A stretch of DNA of 25,262 nucleotides from a virus (lineage: Duplodnaviria; Caudoviricetes): positions 1 through 25,262 of the IMG/VR virus record IMGVR_UViG_3300044454_000244, one strand, 5' to 3'. Below are positions 7,844 through 15,757 of the stretch, in pieces. The notes under the pieces were generated by a model, which was not told where the DNA came from, ran no database searches, and worked only from the letters and a program-made list of their open reading frames with translations. Position numbers and translations under genes: made by a program. Within the stretch, counting starts at the first letter, position 1. Each line of letters opens with the position of its first letter.

Positions 7844-9763
7844 TTAAGCGGCCAGGATGTCCTTGCGCACGACGAATGCGCTCGGCTGCCGGACCGTGTA
7901 GTCCCAGAACTGGTTGAGCGTGATCCGCACCTGGCCGGTGTCGGCCTTGGTGTACGGATCGACCGTCACGTCGACGCCGCCGAAGAAACCGAGAACCGCC
8001 ATGCTCCAGTCACTGGAGAATGTCAGCGCGGAGGCGATGGTGGTCGAGGTGCCCTTCGTCAGGTTGGACGGGACGTTGTTCGTCACTGCGGCGCGATACC
8101 CGTTGAGCGGGAAACCGCCGTTCTCCCAGATGAACGGGAGGTTGGTGCCGCGCTGGACCTTCTTTGCCTTGCCGCGAGTCTGGGTGTTGATGAGGTAACC
8201 GGACAGCCGGTCGGGCTCCGCGTTGGCGGTGGCCGCGGCCGTTTCGATGTCGACCAGGTGATCCCACAGCAGGGCGGTGCCGTTGGTCTGCTCCGAGACG
8301 GTACCGAGGCCGGAGCGGTAGATGATGCCGGTGCCGTTGGCCGCGGACGAACCCTGAATCATGTAATTCTCGATCTGCACCGCGGCGCCGGTGACCAGGT
8401 CGTCACGGATCATGCCTTCCAGCGCGATCGCGCTCTGGATGATCGCCTGCTTCGACGGCTCGACGTAGGCGCCGACGCGCTTGGGCGTCAGGGTCAGTTT
8501 GCCAGTGGCGGGCGCCGTCTCGCTGGCCGAGCCGATTTCCGCCAGGCCCGCCAGTGCCGACTGCGTGACCTTGCGGGGGATGTCGATGTTGCCGGTGAGG
8601 CCGGTGAGCACCCGCACGCCGAGCTGCGGGATGACCATCGCGGCACGCAGGGCGTCGACGTAGAGGTCGGTGCGCAGGTCGGTCGGGACCAGGTTGCCGG
8701 CTTCCGACGAGGTGCCGACGTTGAAGTCGCGTCGCATGATCTCGTAGGGCACGAAGACGCCCTCTGGGGTGACGCCGAGCATCTGCGCCATGGCGCGCGA
8801 GCACTCGAGCTCGAAGCCGATCTCCTTCATCACCGACGGATCGTCGTGCTTGAGGGTGAGGGCACGGATCAGCTTGCCGAAGGAGTAGCGGTGCGCTTCC
8901 TTCTTCGTCAGGCCGAGGTCGAGCGCGCGGGTGTCGGTGTGCGTGCTCTGCTGCTTGTCGACGATCTGCTCGAGGAACTGCTCGACGCTGCGGCCGTCGC
9001 GGATGGCGTCGGCCACATCGCGCTGGCTGACGTACTTGCTGTACTGCGCGCCGAGCTCAGCGAGCTTGGCGATGCGGGCGGCGTTGCCGTCCTTCACTTC
9101 TTCGGTCATTTTTCGGGGCTCCGTAATGACGATGGGAGAGGGTGCTGCTTCGGGCGCCGGCGGTGCGCTGTCCTGCGCCCTGCCCTTGCCCACCGTGGTG
9201 TCCGCAGGCACGGGGACGACCGATGCCTCGAACGGGGTCCACCGCGTCACGGTGTAGACGGGTGGTTTGTCGTCAGCCTTGCCGCGCTCCCCCTCACCGA
9301 GGGCACGGGCGAAGCCTTCGCCGTGCTGCGAGCGCATTTCGCGCTCGAATTCTTCGCCGCTCAGCGTGCGCAGCTGCGACACGCCGTCGACGGACTTTTC
9401 TTCCTGCATCTGGTCGACGAAGTAGCCGACCGAGACGAGCTGGCGGATGTTGTCTTCGACGTCCTGCTTGATCTCCTGCCCGAGAGCGGAGCGCGAGAAC
9501 CGCGCGCGCACGCGCAACTTTCCGCCATCGACCCAGGCGCGCTCGACGACGCCGATCTGGCGGTCGGCATCGTGGTTCAGCAGCAGCGGATGGCGGCCGT
9601 CGCCGAGCCGTTCGAGATTGACGGAGTCGGCGGAGTGCGACAGCACCTCGATGCCGAACCAGCGCTCCACCGGCGCCTCGGAGGAGAGCGCGAACTCGTA
9701 GATGTCGGCGGATTCGGGAGACTTCACGGCCTCGACCGTGACGGTGCGTTGATAGCTCTTCAT
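7844..9763 (-). CDS. Prohead protease - scaffold - major capsid fusion (HK97 fold), 639 aa
   Basis: Start ATG 9763 with AGGAGG SD. Protease motifs PLLLNHD, VSVGY and FEASVVPVPAD; capsid motifs AGNLVPTD, LTLTPKRVGA, VTNNVP and VDPYT. Confidence 0.93.
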   Translation of the reverse strand: MKSYQRTVTVEAVKSPESADIYEFALSSEAPVERWFGIEVLSHSADSVNLERLGDGRHPLLLNHDADRQIGVVERAWVDGGKLRVRARFSRSALGQEIKQDVEDNIRQLVSVGYFVDQMQEEKSVDGVSQLRTLSGEEFEREMRSQHGEGFARALGEGERGKADDKPPVYTVTRWTPFEASVVPVPADTTVGKGRAQDSAPPAPEAAPSPIVITEPRKMTEEVKDGNAARIAKLAELGAQYSKYVSQRDVADAIRDGRSVEQFLEQIVDKQQSTHTDTRALDLGLTKKEAHRYSFGKLIRALTLKHDDPSVMKEIGFELECSRAMAQMLGVTPEGVFVPYEIMRRDFNVGTSSEAGNLVPTDLRTDLYVDALRAAMVIPQLGVRVLTGLTGNIDIPRKVTQSALAGLAEIGSASETAPATGKLTLTPKRVGAYVEPSKQAIIQSAIALEGMIRDDLVTGAAVQIENYMIQGSSAANGTGIIYRSGLGTVSEQTNGTALLWDHLVDIETAAATANAEPDRLSGYLINTQTRGKAKKVQRGTNLPFIWENGGFPLNGYRAAVTNNVPSNLTKGTSTTIASALTFSSDWSMAVLGFFGGVDVTVDPYTKADTGQVRITLNQFWDYTVRQPSAFVVRKDILAA

Positions 9764-9771
9764 GCAACCTC

Positions 9772-10374
9772 CTAGTGCCATCGCGTCGCGACGAGCGCGG
9801 CGACGGCGTCCTGGTTTCGTTTCCACCGCGGCCGCCGTGGCCGCAGGATGATCGGTGATCCGCCCGAGGCGACTTCGGGTTCCGTCGGCGATCCTTCGCC
9901 GCCGGATAATGTGGCTTCGGCATCCGCCCCGGCGACTGCATCGCCGGCAAGTTCGATGCCGATGTCGAGGTGGCCGTCGCCTGTGGCTCCAGCCATCGCG
10001 TCGCCGGTGAGGCCAACGCCAACGCCGACATCCAGCTGCCCATCTCCGGCGGCTCCGCCGGCGGCACCTCCCTGCAACTCGACGCCGACCTTGAGATCGC
10101 CGGTCGAACTCGCGGACGCCGTCGCGGCGCCAGCCAGATCGATGCCGGCCTTCAGATCACCGGAGGCGGTGGCCCCCGCCGTCGCGGTCCCAACAAGTTC
10201 GACATGGCCGCCGGCCTGCGCCGCGGGTCGGATGCCCCACTGCGTCGGGAAGCACGAAATCTGAGGCGCGGCTGCGACCTGCTCGCGCAGCCAGATATCG
10301 AAATCGGCCGCATCGACGCCGACCGACAGGTCAGGACCTGCGGCGACCTGGATCCGCAGGCCGATATCAGCCAT
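9772..10374 (-). CDS. Putative head-fibre/anchor protein with five 20-aa Gly/Ala repeats and a basic C-terminus, 200 aa
   Basis: Repeats of hxLxGxAxAxAxxxGxL; tail LRPRRPRWKR. The function is inferred. Confidence 0.7.
   Translation of the reverse strand: MADIGLRIQVAAGPDLSVGVDAADFDIWLREQVAAAPQISCFPTQWGIRPAAQAGGHVELVGTATAGATASGDLKAGIDLAGAATASASSTGDLKVGVELQGGAAGGAAGDGQLDVGVGVGLTGDAMAGATGDGHLDIGIELAGDAVAGADAEATLSGGEGSPTEPEVASGGSPIILRPRRPRWKRNQDAVAALVATRWH
9898..10203 (-). repeat. Five tandem ~20-aa protein repeats
   Basis: VELVGTATAGATASGDLKAG / IDLAGAATASASSTGDLKVG / VELQGGAAGGAAGDGQLDVGVG / VGLTGDAMAGATGDGHLDIG / IELAGDAVAGADAEATLSGG. Confidence 0.85.
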
Positions 10375-10377
10375 GAC

Positions 10378-10905
10378 CTAGGCCGGCAGCAGCGAGGTCT
10401 TCGTCGCTCCGGCGAGCGACCCGTCGCCGTTGTGGATCACCAGGAAGTGCGCGTCGCTGTAGGGCGTGGTCGCGAAATACAGCCCGGTGTCGTCGCTGGT
10501 GACCTTGGCGACCTGTTCCTCGGTGGACGTGCGATAGCACCTCACGGTGCAGCCACCGAGCGGGCTTCCGTATTGGTCGCGCGTGTACCCGACGAAGCCA
10601 AGGCGGCCATTGGCGCCGCGCTCGGTGCGGGGCTGCTTCCAGCGCGGGCTCTTGTTCTGGAAGAAGTCGCCATCCTGGCCGCCGCCCCAGCCCCCCAGGA
10701 TCTGGCCACTGCGCGGCCACCAGCGCGTGTGATAGATGAATGAATCATTGGCATTGTCCGCAACCCGCATTTCGGTCGCGAGCAGCAATTGATCCGGGGC
10801 GCGGCTGCGCTTGCCGAAATAGAGCGAGTCACAGGCACGGTAGTCGTTCGATTCCCGAATCCCGCCCGCCTGCAGCCCGCCGCCGCCGCCGGCGAACATG
10901 CTCAT
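10378..10905 (-). CDS. Hypothetical virion protein with a C-terminal prealbumin/carboxypeptidase-regulatory-like beta-sandwich, 175 aa
   Basis: GYTRDQYGSPLGGCTVRCY...VTSDDTGLYF matches the GxVxDxxGxPLxGAxV...TDxxGxY pattern; ATGA overlap. Confidence 0.7.
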   Translation of the reverse strand: MSMFAGGGGGLQAGGIRESNDYRACDSLYFGKRSRAPDQLLLATEMRVADNANDSFIYHTRWWPRSGQILGGWGGGQDGDFFQNKSPRWKQPRTERGANGRLGFVGYTRDQYGSPLGGCTVRCYRTSTEEQVAKVTSDDTGLYFATTPYSDAHFLVIHNGDGSLAGATKTSLLPA

Positions 10906-11171
10906 GGATCGCCCCGCTCATGGGCCGGGACATAGCCCAGGTCCTTGACCGGCAGCACCGGAGCGATCTGGACCTCGCTGCCGGGAATGACGATGGCCCT
11001 GTACTCAGGGATCTGGCGCTTGATGGCGTCGCGGGCCTGCTCGAGCAGGTGCAGCGCCATCTTCTTGTCCGCGATCGTGCCGGATGTACTGATCGTGCCG
11101 TTCGAGTGCAAGCGCACCGTAACCCACTGCAGGGTGTCCAGCGGTTGCGGCGGGACCTGTAGGCTGTTCAT
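10902..11171 (-). CDS. Hypothetical protein, 89 aa
   Basis: Start moved to ATG 11171 (MNSLQVPP); ATGA overlaps at both ends. Confidence 0.7.
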   Translation of the reverse strand: MNSLQVPPQPLDTLQWVTVRLHSNGTISTSGTIADKKMALHLLEQARDAIKRQIPEYRAIVIPGSEVQIAPVLPVKDLGYVPAHERGDP

Positions 11172-11596
11172 TCGTCGATCGCGAAATTGACGTCCGCCAC
11201 CGATGACGCCGTGATGTTGAAGCACACCAGCGAGGCGGAGACCGGGACGACCAGGCCGGCCGGGAACGTCCAGACGATGCCGACGCCGACAGTCGTCGCG
11301 ATGTTCACCCTGCGGTGGTAATTGGTCGGCGCTGTCGGGCTCGTGCCCCAGGTCAGGCTCGCCGTGGTCACGCAGGCGGGGTCGCCGCTGTCGTCGCGCT
11401 GGAACGTGCTGGTCGTGGCCGGCGTCACGCCCTGGGCCGCGGGTCGTCCCAGTCCGTAGGAGGCCGCGGCCGCGCCAGCCGAGACGAGCGAGAACTCGAG
11501 CACACGGCACTTGACGCCGGCGGTCGTGCGCAGCTCGACGTTCGCGTTGCTGATGGTGACGTTGCTGGTGCGAAGTGCAAGCGATGCGAGGCTCAT
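11168..11596 (-). CDS. Hypothetical beta-rich (jelly-roll-like) virion protein, 142 aa
   Basis: Thr/Val/Ser-rich alternating strands; directly after the portal; coupled to the next gene. Confidence 0.7.
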   Translation of the reverse strand: MSLASLALRTSNVTISNANVELRTTAGVKCRVLEFSLVSAGAAAASYGLGRPAAQGVTPATTSTFQRDDSGDPACVTTASLTWGTSPTAPTNYHRRVNIATTVGVGIVWTFPAGLVVPVSASLVCFNITASSVADVNFAIDE

Positions 11597-11614
11597 GGCG
11601 ACTCTTTCTCGGGT

Positions 11615-11950
11615 TCAGTGATACTCGGTCGTGCTCTTGTTGAGCTCGCCCAGGTTGTTGTACTCATGCACGGTCGTGCTGTCGCGCGTCGCGAGGTTCG
11701 CCTCGACCGTGACCTTGGGCGCCACGTTGACGACGACGTCGGGCGGGGTGACCTGAACGATCGGCGCCTCGGCGCGCACGGTGACCTCGGCCGGCTGGAT
11801 CGTGGCCTCGAGCGTGACCGGGGTCGGCTCGATGTGGTTGTTGATGACCGGCGGGGCCACGTTGACCACCATCGGCTCGACCCGCACCTGCGCCGGTGCG
11901 ACGTTCACCGCGGGCGCCGCGGCCGGCATCACGTTGACGATGGCGGGCGG
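11615..11950 (-). repeat. Val/Pro-rich VxVxP repeats at the portal C-terminus
   Basis: IVNVMP, AVNVAP, VRVEP, VVNVAPP, IVQVTPP, VVVNVAP. Confidence 0.75.
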
Positions 11951-13537
11951 GCGCTCCGCCTGGCGCTCCAGCGCGGTGATGTAGCGGGACTTGATCTGCT
12001 GGTCCTGCGCCGCCAGGTCGGCGGCGTCGGCGGCATCCTGCGCGTTGGGCTTGGTGGCCTTGTCCGGAGCGGGGTCGAGTCCGACGGCCTCCATCATCGC
12101 TTCCTCTTCGGCCAGTTCCGCAATGACGTCTTCGATGGAGCGACCCTGCGCCGCGGCGATCTGGCGGCGGCTGGAGAGACGCGCATCGATCAGCGCCTGG
12201 CTGGCCTGCGCATCCTTGAGCGGATCGACCCAGTCCCAACGACGGCCCTGAAAGGTGGCGGAGTCCGTGAACTTCTGCAGCCGCTCCGCGGGCAGGGCGG
12301 CTCCGCTCGGGAAGGTGATCGCGCCCTTGGGAAGCGCGGCCGCGAGCCAATCCTGGTACAGCGGCATCAGGAAGCTGTCGATGAGCCACTCCTGCAGGGT
12401 CATCCACATCTCGCGCGTTTCGATGGACCCGGCGCGGATGCTGCTGTAGTTGACGCCTTCGAGATCATTGGCCAGGGTGCAGTAGTCGACGTCGAGGCCA
12501 CTGGCGATGCCTCGCAGGCAGGCCTTGACGAAACTGTCGAAATTCTCGTGCGGGTAGTCGGGGTTCCAGCTCTCCAGCTTCACGCCCGGATGCGCGGTCA
12601 GGTCGATGAACTCGCCGGGCTCGGCTGACATCGTTAGCTGGCCGGTGCTCGCATCTTCGTCGGCGAGATCGGTCTTGGGCACGGTATCGCCGTTCTCGGT
12701 GGCGGTGTAGACACCCATCTTCGAAGCGCCGACCCGAGCCGCGACGACCGCTGCCTCCTCGTAGCCCTGCAGCATGGAGCTGCGCATCAGGACGGCATGC
12801 ATCCATGTGTAGCCGCGCACCTGCTCGGCCCGTTCCGGCACGTAGAGGTGGTAGATCTGGTCGGCCGGCACGCGCTCGGTGTCGATCCTGCTGGTGCCGT
12901 TGTAGTTCTCTCCAGGGTGCCACGTCTTGAGCCAGTAGGCGACCGGCCGCAGCGTCGTGTCGATCTCCACGCCCATGCGGATCATGTTGCCGTTCATGAG
13001 CAGCTTGTTCAACGATTCGTCGAGGCGGTCGGCCTCGAGCATCTGCAGCCGAAGGCCGTAGGGGGCGCGCTTGTCGTATACCTTGCGAAACAGGGCTTCG
13101 CCATCGCGCGCCACGGCCTTGACGGCGACGCGCAGCAGCTGGTTGAGTGTCGCGCGGCCGGAGACATCGCATGTCTTGCCGAAGCGCGCCCAGTGAGTCT
13201 CAACCGCCCCATTGGCCGGCCTGTCCAGCACGGGCTGCGCACGCGGATTGGCGGGCAGGTTGGTGGCTCTCACCTGCAGCGTGGGCCCATAGGCGCCGAT
13301 CAGGTTGACGGAGACCATGCTGAGAAACCGGCGCCCGTATTCGTGGTTCGCGCAGAGGTTGCGGGCGCGCGCACGCAGGGTAGCGAGCGTGCCGTCGAGA
13401 TCCGAGTTGATGGACTTGCTGTAGCCGGGCAATTCGAGCGCGAGACGGCCCATCTGCGCGCCCGCGAAGCTGCGGCGTCCGACGAGGCGAGGCGCATGGC
13501 GAAAGGCCCGCCAGGCGCGCTGAAACCGTTCCAGCAT
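11615..13537 (-). CDS. Portal protein, lambda family, with a C-terminal repeat extension, 640 aa
   Basis: LRARARNL, ARDGE, LEADRL, IRMGVEID, EQVRGY, VNYSSIRAG and WDWVDPLKD motifs. Confidence 0.95.
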   Translation of the reverse strand: MLERFQRAWRAFRHAPRLVGRRSFAGAQMGRLALELPGYSKSINSDLDGTLATLRARARNLCANHEYGRRFLSMVSVNLIGAYGPTLQVRATNLPANPRAQPVLDRPANGAVETHWARFGKTCDVSGRATLNQLLRVAVKAVARDGEALFRKVYDKRAPYGLRLQMLEADRLDESLNKLLMNGNMIRMGVEIDTTLRPVAYWLKTWHPGENYNGTSRIDTERVPADQIYHLYVPERAEQVRGYTWMHAVLMRSSMLQGYEEAAVVAARVGASKMGVYTATENGDTVPKTDLADEDASTGQLTMSAEPGEFIDLTAHPGVKLESWNPDYPHENFDSFVKACLRGIASGLDVDYCTLANDLEGVNYSSIRAGSIETREMWMTLQEWLIDSFLMPLYQDWLAAALPKGAITFPSGAALPAERLQKFTDSATFQGRRWDWVDPLKDAQASQALIDARLSSRRQIAAAQGRSIEDVIAELAEEEAMMEAVGLDPAPDKATKPNAQDAADAADLAAQDQQIKSRYITALERQAERPPAIVNVMPAAAPAVNVAPAQVRVEPMVVNVAPPVINNHIEPTPVTLEATIQPAEVTVRAEAPIVQVTPPDVVVNVAPKVTVEANLATRDSTTVHEYNNLGELNKSTTEYH

Positions 13538-14139
13538 CAGAACCTCACTCGGATGGTGCGCCGGGTGGCAAGGCCGCGCGCGATGCGCGCCGCGTCGGTC
13601 TCACGTTCCAGATCCAGCTCGGCGGTGCGGATGGCCTTCAGCAGGCCTCCCATCGCGACGTCGAGGCTGTCGTACTTGACCATGCGGTCGCCGATGCGGT
13701 ACTCGACAGGCAGCCCGGCCGCGGCGGAATCCCGCGCGCGGACGGCCGCGTCAGCAAAGGCGGCCTTGAGATCCTCGAGCACCTTCTGCGCCTGGGTGCG
13801 ATTGTCGCTGCCCTGCTGCGCGGTGGCGGGATCGGGCAGGATCTGCAGCTGGCCGCGGCTCTGCAGGTCGTCCAGCACCTGGCGCGCGCCGCTCTTGTAG
13901 ACCCAGCGTGCCCAGTTGTACGCGCCGGGTGCCCACCCGGCGGTCTCGCTGGGACCGACGAGGAAGCTGTACTCCGCACCGTCCACCGCCCCGACGATCT
14001 CGATCGGCGCCTGAGCGGGGGCGGTGAAGCGCGGCGTGAAGCGGTACTTCATCGACCAGCCCTCTGCGGGCGGAAAATCGGCCACGCTGACGCGGAATTC
14101 GAGCGTGTCGCCGGCGTACAGTTGGTCGGGCACGTTCAT
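13537..14139 (-). CDS. Head-tail adaptor (gpW-like C-terminus with an N-terminal beta domain), 200 aa
   Basis: AGDT...GW...WAPGAY N-domain; EYRIGDRMVKY and terminal IRVRF; overlaps the portal start. Confidence 0.8.
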   Translation of the reverse strand: MNVPDQLYAGDTLEFRVSVADFPPAEGWSMKYRFTPRFTAPAQAPIEIVGAVDGAEYSFLVGPSETAGWAPGAYNWARWVYKSGARQVLDDLQSRGQLQILPDPATAQQGSDNRTQAQKVLEDLKAAFADAAVRARDSAAAGLPVEYRIGDRMVKYDSLDVAMGGLLKAIRTAELDLERETDAARIARGLATRRTIRVRF

Positions 14140-14639
14140 CCTGCGTCACTCCCTCCAATGCGACCGCTGGTGCCAGCCGTCACGTTGCCGCGCCCGACCC
14201 GGCGACGGTTCTTACCGATCGGCACGGCAGCCTCCGGCGCTCCGGTGGTCAGGATGCCAGCGCCGATCGCGCTCGCGAGTGCGTCGGCGCTCAGCAATTC
14301 AAGAGTTGCGAGTGTCGCTGCGGCCTGCGCGCGCGCCGTAGCAGCACCACTGAGCAGCATGCCAACGCCTAGTGAGCCCGAACCGACAGCGCGACCAATG
14401 GCATCGCCTCGCATCGGGCCAGTCTGCTCCAGCGTGCCGCTGGCAGTCGCTCCAGCAACCGCTCCTCCGGAGAGACCGACGCCGATGACGATATTGAAAC
14501 TTCCGCTCACGCCCATGGCGGCAACCATCGTGATCGCCGGGGGAGCGGACAGTTCAAATGGCGCGCCCTCGCCCCAGGTCTGCGCCCAGTCGAGCGCTGC
14601 GCCGTCCCAGGTCTGGCGCCAGTCGAGAATCGCTGCCAT
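14136..14639 (-). CDS. Putative head-fibre/anchor protein with four 20-aa repeats, 167 aa
   Basis: Repeats at about 14241-14480; N-terminal duplicated LDWxQTW; basic tail KNRRRVGRG. Confidence 0.7.
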   Translation of the reverse strand: MAAILDWRQTWDGAALDWAQTWGEGAPFELSAPPAITMVAAMGVSGSFNIVIGVGLSGGAVAGATASGTLEQTGPMRGDAIGRAVGSGSLGVGMLLSGAATARAQAAATLATLELLSADALASAIGAGILTTGAPEAAVPIGKNRRRVGRGNVTAGTSGRIGGSDAG

Positions 14640-14644
14640 CGGCT

Positions 14645-15757
14645 CTAGATGGCGGTCAGTGTGGCTATCGACGGACCGCCGCGAATGCTCGTCGTCGCCG
14701 TGTTGTCGCTGTAGTTGTGCACGAAGCCGAACGCCTTGGTACCAACCGATCCAGCGCCAGGAAGGTCAGCATATCCACCAGCGACGACCGCAGTGCCCTG
14801 GGAGAGCAGCCCGTAGGTTGGGCTCGATCCGGACATCACGATGACATGCACCGAAGTGCCGTTCGGCGCGGTGGTGGGCACCCTCCACACCTGGGAGAAA
14901 GCCGTCAAGATGGCCGAGCCGACCGCCGCTCCAATGGCTGCGCCAGTCAGCGGCTTGTGCACGCTGAGGGCTCCGGAAGCAACCGCTCGCGCGACGGCGG
15001 CGGCGGCCATATTGTTGGTGATGGCGAGAGATCCTGCTCCGACCGCTGCACCGATCGCCCCCCCAGCTAGATTGATATTTCCGCTCGCAGCCTCCTTGAA
15101 TCCTGCGGCCGCGATAACCCACTGAGGCGCGCCACCAGCCGACAGACTCCAGCTCATCGTAACCGCGCCGGCCGACGCTGCGGCCTCGGTGGAGCACACC
15201 AGGCGACGATTCCCGGAGGCGGGAGTGATGACTCGGTTGCTGCGTTCAGTCTGTCCGGAGCCGACAGTGCACGTCAGGCTCGAGTCACGGCAATAAGCTC
15301 CGTCGACGACCCAGGAGTTGGGCGCCCCCGTCGTGACGTTCACGGTGATCGGGCCGGCCGGGCTGTAGTAGTCAGATGCGGCGGTGGCGGTTCCGTCGAG
15401 CGGGCTGGTCTGGTCGACTCCGTTAAGGCTGATGGCATCGCCGCAGACGTGGTAATCGCACGAACCGCCCCATGTGATGGCGAGTGTATTGGCGCCCGTG
15501 GCTGGAGCGATCAGATACCACAGCGAGGAGCACATCCATAGATCGGCGGAGTCTTGCGTCGATAGTTCGGCCGCCTTAGTCAGCGAAATGCCGTTGTAGG
15601 TGACGCTGGAGACCAATGTTGGCGCCTGCGAGCTGGCGCGTGCGCTGGCCATCACCGCCAGGAGGCGCTGGGATCCAGCGCAGGTATGCGACCACGAGCG
15701 GGTGCTCTGGCTATCCGCCGCCGCCGATCCGCTGTATGCGTCGAAGGTGATCGCCAT
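14645..15757 (-). CDS. Putative fibre/adhesin protein: beta-sandwich N-region, three 20-aa repeats and a C-terminal domain, 370 aa
   Basis: SWSHT...RLLAV...SVTYNG...LWYLIAP pattern seen in phage surface proteins; repeats at about 14897-15076. Confidence 0.7.
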   Translation of the reverse strand: MAITFDAYSGSAAADSQSTRSWSHTCAGSQRLLAVMASARASSQAPTLVSSVTYNGISLTKAAELSTQDSADLWMCSSLWYLIAPATGANTLAITWGGSCDYHVCGDAISLNGVDQTSPLDGTATAASDYYSPAGPITVNVTTGAPNSWVVDGAYCRDSSLTCTVGSGQTERSNRVITPASGNRRLVCSTEAAASAGAVTMSWSLSAGGAPQWVIAAAGFKEAASGNINLAGGAIGAAVGAGSLAITNNMAAAAVARAVASGALSVHKPLTGAAIGAAVGSAILTAFSQVWRVPTTAPNGTSVHVIVMSGSSPTYGLLSQGTAVVAGGYADLPGAGSVGTKAFGFVHNYSDNTATTSIRGGPSIATLTAI

